A stretch of 64,000 bases of DNA. Origin: Neodothiora populina. Taxonomy: Eukaryota. The translations under genes were made by a program, and so were the position numbers. The stretch spans positions 2,604,001 through 2,668,000 of the forward strand of contig NW_027191413.1 of NCBI RefSeq assembly GCF_041146345.1, in the 5' to 3' direction. The notes beneath the pieces were generated by a model. It worked only from the letters and a program-made list of their open reading frames with translations, searched no databases and was not told the origin of the DNA. The first letter of the stretch is position 1; the number at the start of each line of letters is the position of its first letter. This document shows positions 22,600 to 34,764 of the stretch, one piece after another.

Positions 22600-24379
22600 A
22601 CTTGAAATGAGTTAGGCTATCCTACAGACTTCCAAATATCGGGCGACCGGCTTTCTCTTGCATAAAGGCTCAAATTCGGCATGTCTAAGATACTAAGACA
22701 TTCTACGCAAGGGAAGGATTGCTTTTACAATTGAGCAGCCGACCGGCCACCAGCCACCTGCCACCTTATTCCCTGCAGTCCGAAAGTGCTGGATCTAGAC
22801 GCACGCGGTATTGACATATGAAGCCGCATACCATCCAATTGAACAGATGAAAGCAGCATCTTCTGACAGGAGATGACAGTCGTCCGCTTTGGGATCGCAT
22901 CCATCTTCACACGTTGTTTCCGCTTCCTCTTCGCTTCTGAGCCCGGTAACCCACGGCCATGTAGCCATCTGCTGTGGAGCTGCTCATTAACTGCAATAGG
23001 AAAAACAAGGTGTATACGCAGAGGTACTGTGTAGTACGTTTCTCCCATGCTAGCTGATTGTGTGCCTGGCAATACAATTTCAGACCGTTTCGCAACGGTT
23101 TACCCAAATCCACGGCGACACCCCCGGCAAATTTTGCCTTGCCGAGTGGTGACATGGGTGGCGAAGTCGCTGCTGAATAAACGTGTCTAGCAATCCTGCC
23201 CAGGACGGAGATTTTCTTGCAGGGATTAAGTCTGGAAGAGATAAAACAGATGGGGATCATAGATGTTAGTAGCAACGTCGCTTGTCTGTAGAATGCCTAC
23301 TGACTTGCATCTACTTTTGTGACTGGGGTTCGATCGCCAAGAACTAACTGTTCATTCCCCTGTCGGTACCCCACGAACGACAATTCTCACATTTCACATC
23401 AATTGGCAGCTTCATGTTGTCAAATTGTTTGTAGTCAACAACATGATAGTCTTTAAGTCCAGTAGTCATTTATTGATCAACGCATTTTATGTTGCTTCCC
23501 TCGCAAGGTCTAGTTAACGTCGGCACAACGAGCCTATTTCATGCCGGAAGTTTCAAGCTAGAGCCTCGTGCCAAACGAGGCGAGCCCAGAACTCACATAC
23601 AGTACGTGAGCATCTGTGAGCTCGAGGCAACACACAGTGTGCATGCCAAATAGTTTTTCAAGACATCAACGCTGGAAGTGTCCACCTGACCGGTCGGAAC
23701 CACCTCTCAGCAACGTCACCAAAGCCGAAGTTTCTGCATGGTCTTTCCGTCACATTTTAAAGGATTAGAGACAGGCGCCGTTGCATGCAACGGGGACATG
23801 AGCCGCACAACGTCCAGCAACGGAAGACTTCTCGGCGCCGGGCGTGGTCCGGATGATGGTCATCTACAACATACCATGACTACGATTCATGGTCTCAAGG
23901 CCTCGGCTGCCGCATCATGCAAGGACATAGCTGATGTGCATATCAGCGTGGTCATTGCCACAGTTTTCAACATGCTATTGCCAGGAGTCGACATGATCGG
24001 ATGCTGTGTATAATAAATCCACTATTGGTAGGTACTCATGGCTGATGGTATCTCTACACATGATTGACATGTTGTTTCTGCCTCGTCAATCGTAAAACCG
24101 GAGTATCAGTGGTCGCCGTTACAACAGTATTGAATGTCTTAAAGCAGCCTTGGTCTTCCAACCGGAGAACATCGACCTTTATCAAAGTCGGTCTTCAATC
24201 TAATTCAAACGTAGTAAGTACTGCGTTCAGCCTGGAACGCTATAGCACCCAGGTGGGTATCGGCTTCTTTAAGTGTAGTCATGACGCTCGTAAGTCTGCG
24301 TAGATCGTTCACCTACAAATCCACGATGCCCCTTGAGTAGTTCCCTCCATCGTTCGTTCGTTTGCCCTGTAGCGAGCAC

Positions 24380-27300
24380 ATGAACTACAATATGTCTTTC
24401 AGGAATCAATTTATGAGGGAAAGCCCTCTGGAGGTGTTGGCTGAGCATGACGATGACCTTATGCAAGTCCGATCTGAAGATATCGGACCTATGGATGCTA
24501 GATCTTCTGTTTCGACCGATGTATCAACGACATCCAAATCACACAACCGCTCCAACTCAATAAGCACACGCAACTTCAGTGCGCCATCCTGGTCCGACCG
24601 GTATCATCGCAAGTCTACATCAATGGAGGCACCAAGGCGGTTGATTGGAGGAACCACAGCGGCGATTGACTTTGCAAGAAGATCAAGCACAAGTTCAGAT
24701 GAAATCGATTCATTGGCTCCCGAAGACTCTCACAGACACTCATCAAGCACCAGAAGAGCATCTACTGCCTCGGTATTGTTTTGTACAGGCCGTACGGGTC
24801 AGCATAAGAACCAGCGGAGCCGTGGCGATTCCGTAGCGTCTATGGCATCTATCCCCGAAGTCGAGAAAACACAGCCTCGCCAATCAATCTCCGTTCAAAA
24901 CGTAGTCATACCAGCATCGCTTATCAGACACATGGAGACCTCATGGGCACAAGAGAAACCCACGAAGAGGAAGGATTCGTCTGCGCCTCGAAATGATTCG
25001 GAGGGCAATTTTGATGTTGCAGCCATAGCTCGTGAACAACAACGTGAAGTCGAGAGCGCAGTTGCTGGCGCCGTCATCGCCAGTGACAAGGACCTTGAAG
25101 CATCGGAGCTCGAGAGATACGACACCAATGACTCCTCGATAGATCCTGCAATGGTTTCCCAGAAAAGCTCGTTCGAGAAGGAGCCGAGACGGCCGGAGCC
25201 TGTGTACAACAAGCGTAACGGAGGTCTTTTCGGCGATTTCTCGTTCACTCCAGGACAAAAACAGCAAGAGGAAGACGAAAAGTCAACGATAGGAAGCATT
25301 CCTGAAGCCCATACCCGCAAGGCATCCAGACTTCCGAGCCTTTGGCGAGCGCCTACTGCAGGGACTATGAACAGTTCAAGAAGGGGGACCATCTTCGAAC
25401 GAACCGTTTCCGCATTAGAAGATGTGGCCGAAACAGTCCGCAGAAGTACGATGTGGGATATATACGAGAACGCCAAAGTACGGCAAGTAAAGCTGCAACG
25501 CAAGCGTTGGGTTCAGCTGTTGTTTCAGTACTCTGTGTACACATTCATCGTGGCGTTTATATATCTGGTGCTTGTTGGACTGCCTCTCTGGAAGGGCGCA
25601 GTCTACTGGTTCTGGTACGCCTTCTCGCACAAATTCGCAGTACCTGGATCATGGGCCGTGGTGATCGGAGTTGCCTTTGTGTAAGTCTTCCCTCGCGTTA
25701 TACCGAGTGTTTGACAAATCTAACTTGACAATAGTTATGCATACACGCCACTACTCATCTTATTCGAAAAGGACCCGCCAATGCCCGAAGATCTGGATAA
25801 AATTGACGCCACGAAAACCCCTGGAGTGCAAGACTGCGCCTTGATGATTCCTTGTTATAAGGCTGCAACATTAATCGGCCCAACCCTCGAGGCAGCTACT
25901 AAGATTTTCCCACCCTCGCATATCTTCGTAATCGCCAATGGTATGTACCAAGCTGTGTGTTGGTGGTTTTTGTTGTCTCTAACACCCAACTAGGTAACAG
26001 TCCGACGCCCCTCGACAACACGGAGGAAATCTGCGATAAATATGGTGTCAACCACATCTGGAGTCCTGTAGGATCCAAGATTGTGGCGCAGTTCGTGGGC
26101 TGCCATGCCATGAAGGGATTCAAGAATGTTCTTCTGATCGACGACGACTGCGCGCTGCCGCCTAATTTTCCCATCGTGACAGACCGGATGACGGACCGGA
26201 TCAAGTGCATAGGTTACACGATCAAATCCGTCGGTCCTAATTCGACCCCAGGCACACTGTGCCAACAATCGCAAGATTTGGAGTACAAGCTAGCAGGATT
26301 ACAACGAGCCCTTGCAGGCAAGATCGGCTCAGCGACGTTCCCTCACGGTGCCATTTCCTTGTGGGATCGCGATTTCCTCGTTCGCACCTTCAACGAGCAC
26401 CCTGGTTTCAGTGTGTCCGAGGACTGGTTCTTCGGTCACGTTGCAAGAGAGCAGGGATCTCGCATCACCATGTGCACATCCGTTTTCATCGAAACCGAGA
26501 CCCCAGACGCTGTCTTCTTCAGCTCTGGCGGAGAAAGAGGTGGTTTCGGTGAAATGACAGTCTTCAAGCAACGATTCCTACGCTGGAACTTTTTCTTTGT
26601 CAATGGCATGTACTACAACCTTATGTATATCCTGACATCTTGGAAACTGGGCTGGTGGGAATTGGGTGCCAAACTCTTCGTCTTCCAGGAGACGTACGAG
26701 TCACTACTCTGTAAGGTTGCTTCTTTGCAATTGTGCTGCCAACGCTGACGAAAGCAGATATTTTCACTCCATTTGTTTTGCCCATTTCACTTGTCGTGCG
26801 ATACCAGTTCACCCTTGAGCTTCTGGCTGGTACATTCGGCTTGTACTTTATCAACATTGTCATATTCAATGAGATCCACTTACGACTAAAGGGCGAACGC
26901 GTCGGTTGGAAATGCGTATATCTCTACTACATGCCATACAAGTTCATCATGAGTTTGGTGAATGTAGCCAGTTGCTACTGGGCCATATACAAGTACGCGA
27001 CATACTTCGCCAAACGCCACGCTAAAATCATCGAAGACGACAAAGCGGTCAATGTCGTTCTTCAGCTCGAGGAGAACGGTACTGATAAGCAACGTCTGGG
27101 CCGTCGCATGACCGTCACAGCCATTGGAACACAAACCGAGTTGGCCACCAGCTCAGAGCCTGGAGCTCGCAGAGTCACAGTCACCACCCTCGGATCACGC
27201 CTTGCCGAAGCAGAGCCTCTGAAAGAGGACACCTTCGTACTCGAAAGAGAAATGTCCATGTCTCGCATGCCTACGTTGACGCTTGTCACGTCGCGCATGT

Positions 27301-27578
27301 CTGACCAGCGAAAGATGTCCGTCACTTACGGAGGTCGCAAGGCCAGCGCGATAGCGTTGAACACTGCGCTAGCATCTCGCGAGATCGAGGTTGTCGACTT
27401 CGCAATGCAAGGGGCTGCCGATGACTCGGCATCGATCATCAAGAAGGGGGTGGAAGAGGTCGAGGAGCTGTCTGAAGATGAAGACAGCAGCGACGACGAC
27501 GAGAATGAGCATGAGGACGACGATGCTCCTGTTGTTGAAGATCCGAGGAAAACAGATGATTCAAGAAGCATTGTTTGA
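24380..27578 (+). CDS. Membrane-bound glycosyltransferase family 2 (processive synthase-like)
   Basis: Introns 25681-25734, 25941-25993 and 26711-26757 join the ORFs in frame; motifs IPCYK, LLIDDDCALP, SVSEDW, KQRFLRW; TM helices on both sides of the catalytic domain; exact start ATG uncertain. Confidence 0.85.
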
Positions 27579-28170
27579 AAAGCCTTGGACTGGATCTTTG
27601 CCTCACGTTTTATCAAGCCATCATCGACTGCGTCGCGCCTGGTAGCGAGACGTTCTCTACGGCCTATTTAATCACTTTTATGTCGATATACAGTATATAC
27701 TATAGTAATCACTACAACGTTGCTAGGCGTCTATTGATGCATTTCAATGTTTCCCTGACTTTATTGATTATGACTGCGTCGACACCTAAGCCTTGTGCTC
27801 GAATGTTTGCCATGGTCTCCGTGGTCATGAATGACACTGCGTACATGTGGTGCGAAGGACTTGTGAACGATTGGACTTGTGAACGATTGTGTAAGGTACC
27901 TTAGCATCAACAATAGAATAAGATGACGGACGCCGCCGACGCCCGGAGCCCGCGGTCGCCGAATGCATCTACTGAATCTACCATAGCTCTCTTATCAATT
28001 GACCATCCTTATCACTATAAGCTGTAAATGCTACGAAGACAGACACGAACATCTTGTCTACATTATTCTACATTCGTATCTAATCACCCACCAGTCCATA
28101 CCATTCCCTCATAACCCAACATCAAGACATATAATCCCCCAAGTAAAGAAGCGAGGTTACAACCAAAAGG

Positions 28171-29670
28171 ATGCCCTCAGCAACAGCCCCCTCAGGAACA
28201 ATGGCCTCGATACCAGTAATCGACATTTCAGCTTCGAATCCAAACGCTGCGACTGATATGCTCTGCGCGGCCATCGATTTTGGGTTCGTGTATGTTGAGA
28301 ACAATGAGGCTGCTGGAGTTCCCGCTCAGGATGTGGCGGGGATGTTTGAGTTGGTGTGTATTTTCTTCTTTCATTGTTTAGAGGTGAATAGGTGCTTGTA
28401 GGATGCTTGTTGTTGGACTATATATCTCAGCTGCCTGGGTTGATATGTCGACATTTTGATGTGTGATGCCCTTGCTTTTGATTACTTGTGCTCAGAGTCT
28501 CCAATAAGCCTTCCCTTGTCACTTTCAAGTATCTCATTCCAACATCTCAGCCGCGAAAAGAAAAAGAAAGAACAAATCACCACCATTTCCTCAGCATCCC
28601 CTTAGCTCTAGACCTCTTGCCATTTCCCTCTGATCTCTTATGCGCAACGTCAAGATCCACCAGCCCAAAAGACTAACGCCAGGGACCAAAAACGCAGAGC
28701 AAACAATTCTTCCAAAGCCCGACAGAGATGAAAGAAACATGCTCGATAAACTCGAATAAAGCGGGCAAGAACAAAGGTTGGCTGTCGATGCACACCGAGA
28801 CGCTTGATCCGAGTCGTCAGAAAGTGAGTCTTGTTTTGGCTCCTGCCCCCGGTTTCTCCTTTCTTTCCTTCTCCAGCCAACGACGACAAGTTGAAGGCAG
28901 AGGTGTGACGAGACGAGATGAGCCGAGCTGGGGATTTGTCGGAAGTTTCATCTATGCAAGTGTGAATTCGAGGAAAAGTAAGCTGACGAGTATACGCGTT
29001 CCAGAGAGGTGATTTCAAAGAGTACGTCTGCCTTTCCCTTGCACTTATCATTCTTTCGCCAAAGAGAAGTAAACCGCAGAGTAGAAGTAAGAGGAGACCT
29101 CAAAAGTACAGAACCACTAACCCACCACAGAGCATTCAACCTCGGCGAGCCCGTCTCCTCCACCTTCCCCCAGCCCCTAGCACCACCCCTAGACTCCAAC
29201 ATCCCCACCCTCCTAACCTTCACAACCCAATGCCACAACCTCTGCAAGCGCATCCTGCAACTCTTCGCCCAGGGCCTGTCCCTGGGCGACAAGAACTGGT
29301 TCAGCGACCGGCACGACCAGAGCAAAGGTCCGTCGGGGAGTATTCTGCGCCTGCTCTACTACCCCGACGTCGGGACGATGGAAGGAGGACAGGAAAGCGA
29401 GAGAAGCTCAGACGACATCCGAGCCGGCGCGCACAGCGATTACGGGAGCGTCACGCTGCTGTTCCAATTACCCGGTCAGCCGGGTCTTCAGATCCTGACG
29501 CCAGAGGGCGAGTGGGTTGGTGTGCCTGTTGATCCGTCGTCCTTGTCTGAGGCGGAAAAGGAGACGAGCAGGAAACCACTGCCCATCCTGGTCAATATCG
29601 GCGATTTACTCGCTTACTGGACCAATGGCCTTCTGAGATCTACCGTCCACAGAGTCGTTTTCCCTCATCC

Positions 29671-29702
<32 letters not shown>

Positions 29703-29914
29703 CCGAAAGTGACAAGATGGAGAAAACGGGAGACAGGTACAGCATAGCGTACTTCTGCCACCCGCTCGACGACGCCCGCTTGATACCAGTGCCGAGCAAG
29801 ATGGTAGACGAGTACAAAGGCGGCGTCAAGGGCATGACGAAGAACGAAGGCACGTTGACCGCTAGAGATCATTTGAACGAGAGGCTGGCTGCTACTTATG
29901 GGATGAAGAAATAG
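28171..29914 (+). CDS. 2-oxoglutarate/Fe(II)-dependent dioxygenase (IPNS/DIOX_N-like)
   Basis: Exons 28171-28353, 28698-28823, micro-exon 29005-29021, 29131-29914; IPVIDIS, GFVYV, LRLLYYP, RAGAHSDYGSVTLL (HxD), STVHRV (H), RYSIAYF (RxS). Confidence 0.88.
29672..29701 (+). repeat. (CAG)10 coding polyglutamine tract
   Basis: Perfect CAG run inside the last exon of the 2OG oxygenase. Confidence 0.95.
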
Positions 29915-29931
29915 ATCGGAAAGAAGAGGCT

Positions 29932-30117
29932 GCCACTTGTGGGATGAAGAGATAAGGCGGAACAAAACTACCCCCATCGCTCGACGACGCCCGCTCAATA
30001 CCGGTGCCGAGCAGATTCATAGACCAGTACAAAGGCGCGCTAGGGGCCACTTGAACGAGCAATTAGCTGTCACTTATGGAATAATGAAGAAGTAGTGAAA
30101 AGAACAGAAGACTGCCA
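29932..30117 (+). pseudogene. Decayed tandem duplicates of the 3' end of the 2OG-Fe(II) oxygenase gene
   Basis: 29978-30117 aligns by eye to ~29763-29935 (LDDARxIPVPS...YKG..ARxHLNExLAxTYG..KK*), with a frameshifting internal deletion; 29932-29955 is a third short copy of the stop region. Confidence 0.8.
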
Positions 30118-30345
30118 TACTCGCTCGCGAAGGAAAGCGCATATCAAGAATCACAACAGGATGAAGAATCTAGGTCATGAAATTTGATGGAATGCTATGA
30201 TTATCGCAGGTCCCTTCAAAATGGTATGCATATATTCTTGGGTAATATAAAGGAGAAAAAGAGCCTTTTTGAATCCTGATGCTGTCGTTTGCCTCATAGT
30301 ATCTGTTTCTTCATGGACATATATTCAATCTACTTCAAGTACCCA

Positions 30346-32169
30346 TCATCCCTTCTTGCCACCGTCGCCATCATTGAATGACTTTTGTCGTGATCGTGAG
30401 TTCCAGTTCAGCGTGCGCGAGATGCTGTCGATCCAATCCTCGCTGCGTCTGTTCAGCGGCAAGATGCTGGGAAAGGGATATCTAGATGCTGATATGGTGA
30501 CGTAGTCTCCAGGGCACAATTCTGTTCTGCAGAAACGCAAAAGGTTAGCTGAAAAGAATCTATCGTGGGGTTGTCTAGAGGGTAACTTGCCTTTCCCTAC
30601 CGTCAAAACTTGCCCACGAACTAGTTCGTGCATCGTACGGTACTCCGATGCGCAAGACTATCGTATCAGGAAGGATGATGGGTCTGAAACTCAAGGTGTG
30701 GGCGCAGATGGCTGTGAGCAAAATGACTGGGTTATCCGGATGACAGAGACTTCCGCCAGCAGCGAGATTGTAAGCCGTGGACCCCGTAGGCGTAGCGACA
30801 CAGATTCCATCAGCCTGTACAGTAGTGAAAAACTCCTCGTCGCCAAAGACTTCGATGCTGCTCATGGTGGGGTTCGGGCCACGGTCGAGGACAACCTCGT
30901 TGAGTATGTTGTAAGTCCTCTCGGGACGATGGGTCCGGTTGTCATCAGCTTCCTCTCCGATGAGCTCCTCGACAAGATCACGCTTTTTGTGATCGGCGTC
31001 TGAGTGCCCAGTCCTTCGACTCGAACGCATGATGGTGCCCTCGAATCGCAGGCGCAAGGAAACAGTAATACCTTCGTTGAATGCGCGGGTCAAAGTCGGT
31101 GCATATTCGTTATAGTCGAACTTGGTCAAGAAGCCAAGGGAGCCTAGCGCAAACGATAATACCGGAGGAACAACCCCTTGGAACAGCGAAGACGCATACA
31201 GCACTGTGCCATCGCCACCCAGCTTTAACATTTGCCTATCAGCATTTTGTTTCTGCGGATCCATTCTGGAGCAAGCAGTGCGACTTACAGCGACAACAAT
31301 GTCAAAAGTATGCGGGCGTTTTCGACACAGGTCGTCATTCCAGAACCTCAGCCGTGACTTCTTGGAAGAGTCATCTTTGTAAATGGCAGGTGCGTCGAAC
31401 GCCTCGTTATGCTTCATCGTATCCTCTACCCAACTATCATACCCATATTGATCAGCAGATGGACTCGGCCGAGGAAGAGTAGTTCCACGTACACAGTATA
31501 CTGGCCACCATGTTGTTCCAGCAGCCACTCGGTGATCTCCCGAGTGATCGCTACGAGGTGAACATCGTGTACTTTCGTAAGCAAGAACACATTCTTGACT
31601 TTGAGTCTTAATCTGACGTGACCGAGTCGTTTTGACAACTCCCTGATGCCATATGCCATATCTGACAGTTGTTTCTTGGTAAGCAGTCTCGACTGAGTTT
31701 GAGCCTCACGGTTCGAGGATGTATCTGAAGCCTTGTCCGTCGGTCTTTCTTGCATCAGCCCTTGGTGATTAGGAGTGGCGGTACCCGAGCCTTGCTTTTC
31801 TTCGAGCAGCGCATGGACGAAACACGAAGTCGGAGTGCGCTTGTGGACCGGCCTCGTGGCTTGACTGCTGACGAAAGACGACTTGCGTCTTGAAGGGTTG
31901 GTGTTGTCAAAACAGACCTGATGATGAAATCAGCTCACTCTGTCATTATTTGTCCCAAGTCGAATCGCGTTGTCAGGCACGGCAGGCACGCTACAGTACC
32001 TCTAGGGCCCGTTGGACTTCCGAATCACTTCCATCGCTCTACAACATGCTGTTAGTATATGCTTGTCACATTGGATGAGTGTGTGCGATACATCTCTACG
32101 GTCTTGGCTGTCCATGCGAGTCAATCCTGCAAGTACATCTTCTGGGTCTTCCAACCGGGAAGTTGACAT
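30346..32169 (-). CDS. UTR1: NAD+/NADH kinase (Utr1/Yef1-like)
   Basis: [45 protein letters not shown]; several GT-AG introns; start gccATG at 32169 inferred. Confidence 0.88.
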
Positions 32170-32837
32170 GGCGAAGTCGCTTCAGAGTGCACCGATTCGT
32201 TTCTGTTATCGCAAAAGAAGGAACTGTCGACGCTGATCGCGACTGAAGAAACTAAAAGGCCCGCTTACACTAGATCGGATCGCGCAAGAACAACAAGTAT
32301 AAGGAAGACCGGGTAATTGTCTGATATGGGATAGGGTGATCTTTTGTGACGAGTAGCTGGGGTGGCCAGTTATTTCGTCACTCGCGCATTCCACTTCCGC
32401 GGGGCATGAAGAATGCCCCTTATCGATAAAGCTGTGGATGTGGAGTAACCTTGTACATCAAGCATCATAGCGCCAATGACGGTGTGTTATTCCCTACCTT
32501 ATGGAATGTCTATCTGGTACATTGAGCCTCGTGGGCTGACAGATTTTCACAATAGGCTGGCAGGGTCAAAGGTAAAGTATAAGGTACAAGAATTCCAGAC
32601 GCCGTGTGCCCAAGGTCGGGCAGACGTGCCCTCGATAGGACCCGGGCGATGGGCCCCAAAATCAGATCGGGGAGAAAGAGAAGCCCTCTGCTCTCCCCCC
32701 CCCCATATTACTATCGATCTCCCGCCCGCCTCTATCCGTCCTCATGTAAATAAGCCCGTTGAAACATAATTAACCGCCGCCGTATTCCCACAAAGCCTTT
32801 TAAACGAAAGCACTAAGTCGGGCATCCTTATGTTCCG

Positions 32838-34764
32838 TTATGCTCCGCTTTCATCCTGCTCTTCGCGAACAGCTTCTCGAGCCATTTCATCTACGGGCCG
32901 TGCTCTACGGCTGGCTCCGTGATCGAAGATGAAGGGACCCGAATCATTCATTGGTGTTGTGGGACCGCCCTCCCCTAACACACCTGCAGCCAAGGCAAAT
33001 TGTGCGTGCGAGGTCGGGGTTGCTGAACGTGCCATGATGGACTCCGGCAAGGTGGAGTTGACCGGAGCACGGGTAGATGCGAGGATGGGAAGAGGAGCTG
33101 AAGTCGACGTCGCGGACGGTCGTCCTGCATCTCCCTCTAGGTCAGAGCCAGACCCGGAGACGTCGGAGGCGTCAGTCGTCAGCTGAGACGACGTGGAAGA
33201 GTCCCTGACCAAGTCCTGATTCATCAACTCGGTCAAATCCTCATCGTCCGCATTGACTCGTTCTGTAGCAGCAGTGTTGCCTTGGGCTGAATTTGCTGTC
33301 GAAGCTCTCGAGTGTTCCGAGACATCGCCATTGTTGTTGTCAATACGTTCCGCATCTAGGCTCTGCGGCTTTGCCTCTTCGAGTTCTTCCTCTTCTTCTT
33401 CCTCTTCCTCCTCCTCCTCCTCTTCCGGCTGGTCCACGTCTGCTTCGAGATCTGCGTAGGCGCGACAATTGGGACATTGGAAGCTTGGCCAGTTCGGATA
33501 GATCAGCGTTCTTATACACTTGTAATGCCAGACGTGCGAGCAAGGCGCAACGAAGAGAGCTTGACAGGGCGCGACCGGGCATAAGCAGATGGAACACTCT
33601 GAGCTGTGGGTAGATTGCGCGTCGCTGTCCTTAGAAGCTCCGCCCTGTGTTCGTTTCAGGAGACGTTTGTGTGTAGATGTGCTGTGACATGTTAGCCGCT
33701 AGATTCAATCAGCGGAAAAGTAAGGAGACGACTCACTTGAACTGGTTCAGACTCTTCTGCCAGCCTCTGTTGCACTCGACTCGTATCTTGACGCATCGGA
33801 AGATCTGCTCCTCGCCTCCCTTGAAGTCTATTCCCAGTTGGACGATATCGCCGTCGTTGACGGGGTAGGCGCGTGACTCGACTCCCGGACTACTGAGGCG
33901 CACGTGATTGAGAAAGGTTCCGGAGCTGCTCTTGACGTCTTTGACGAACCATTGGCCAGACTCGCACCACAACTCACAGTGCCTCCGACTGACCACCTTG
34001 CTCTTGAAGCCCACAGGAGCCGTCGACAAGGGATTTGTAAGCGCATCCGCTGCGCCACTGTCACGCTCGGAGTATCTCCCCACGCGGACCCGAGTGGCTG
34101 AGGTAGGAAGGCTTCGAGTGATGATGGGGAAAGTCAAGGACGGCCTGTTGGACCGTGGCTCGTGGTGCGGAATCAGACGGAGGGTCGGCATATCTTTCCT
34201 CGATATCGGTGCAGCGGTAGCCGCAGCCGAGTCGGAAGCATCAGCAAATTCGAGGCCGGTGGGAGGTGCGACGGAAGTGGTCTCTTCGACGCTGGTGGCA
34301 GCAGGACGTCTGGTCATGGCAACTGGGTCAGAGGAGATCGAGTCGGTCGGAGTGGGTTGTGGCTGCGGTGCGACTCTCGATAGTCCGCTCTGGCCGCCGA
34401 CGGTGGGAAGCCAACCACTGGTGGGTGAGTCGCCGCGCGTGGTGTTGTTTCTCTGAGGACTGGGCGCAACGTGGGGTTGATCCTGCAAGTTTTGCTGAGT
34501 GCGCGGGTGATGGCGACTGACGGCAGGAGTACTGTTAGATCTGGACAGCGGCTGTCTGTTCGGAGGAGAACCCGGAGGAGGGGAGGTGGATTGTTGGGAC
34601 CCGTGATGATGCTGATGGAGGTGATTGTGGGTGTAATTGCGCAAGTAACTCAGACCTCTCAGCCGAGACGGTCTTGTGGGGGATGTGGGAGTGGCGTTAT
34701 GTGTTGTGGTTGACAGCGATGTTGTCGACGAAGTGAGAGTGTGAGGGGAGAAGCTGCCAAACAT
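32838..34764 (-). CDS. DMA1: FHA + RING E3 ubiquitin ligase (Dma1-like)
   Basis: FHA: VGRYSER...SKVVSRRHC...DVKSSSGTFLN; intron 33682-33736; RING: ECSICLCPVAPCQALFVAPCSHVWHYKC...CPNCR; poly-E acidic tail. Confidence 0.92.

Noticed and set aside
23320..23345. GGTTCGA T-loop-like strings (also ~8669, ~46554)
   Set aside because: No cloverleaf stems or A-box spacing could be built
33385..33425. GAG/GAA repeat
   Set aside because: Ordinary poly-Glu coding tract of DMA1
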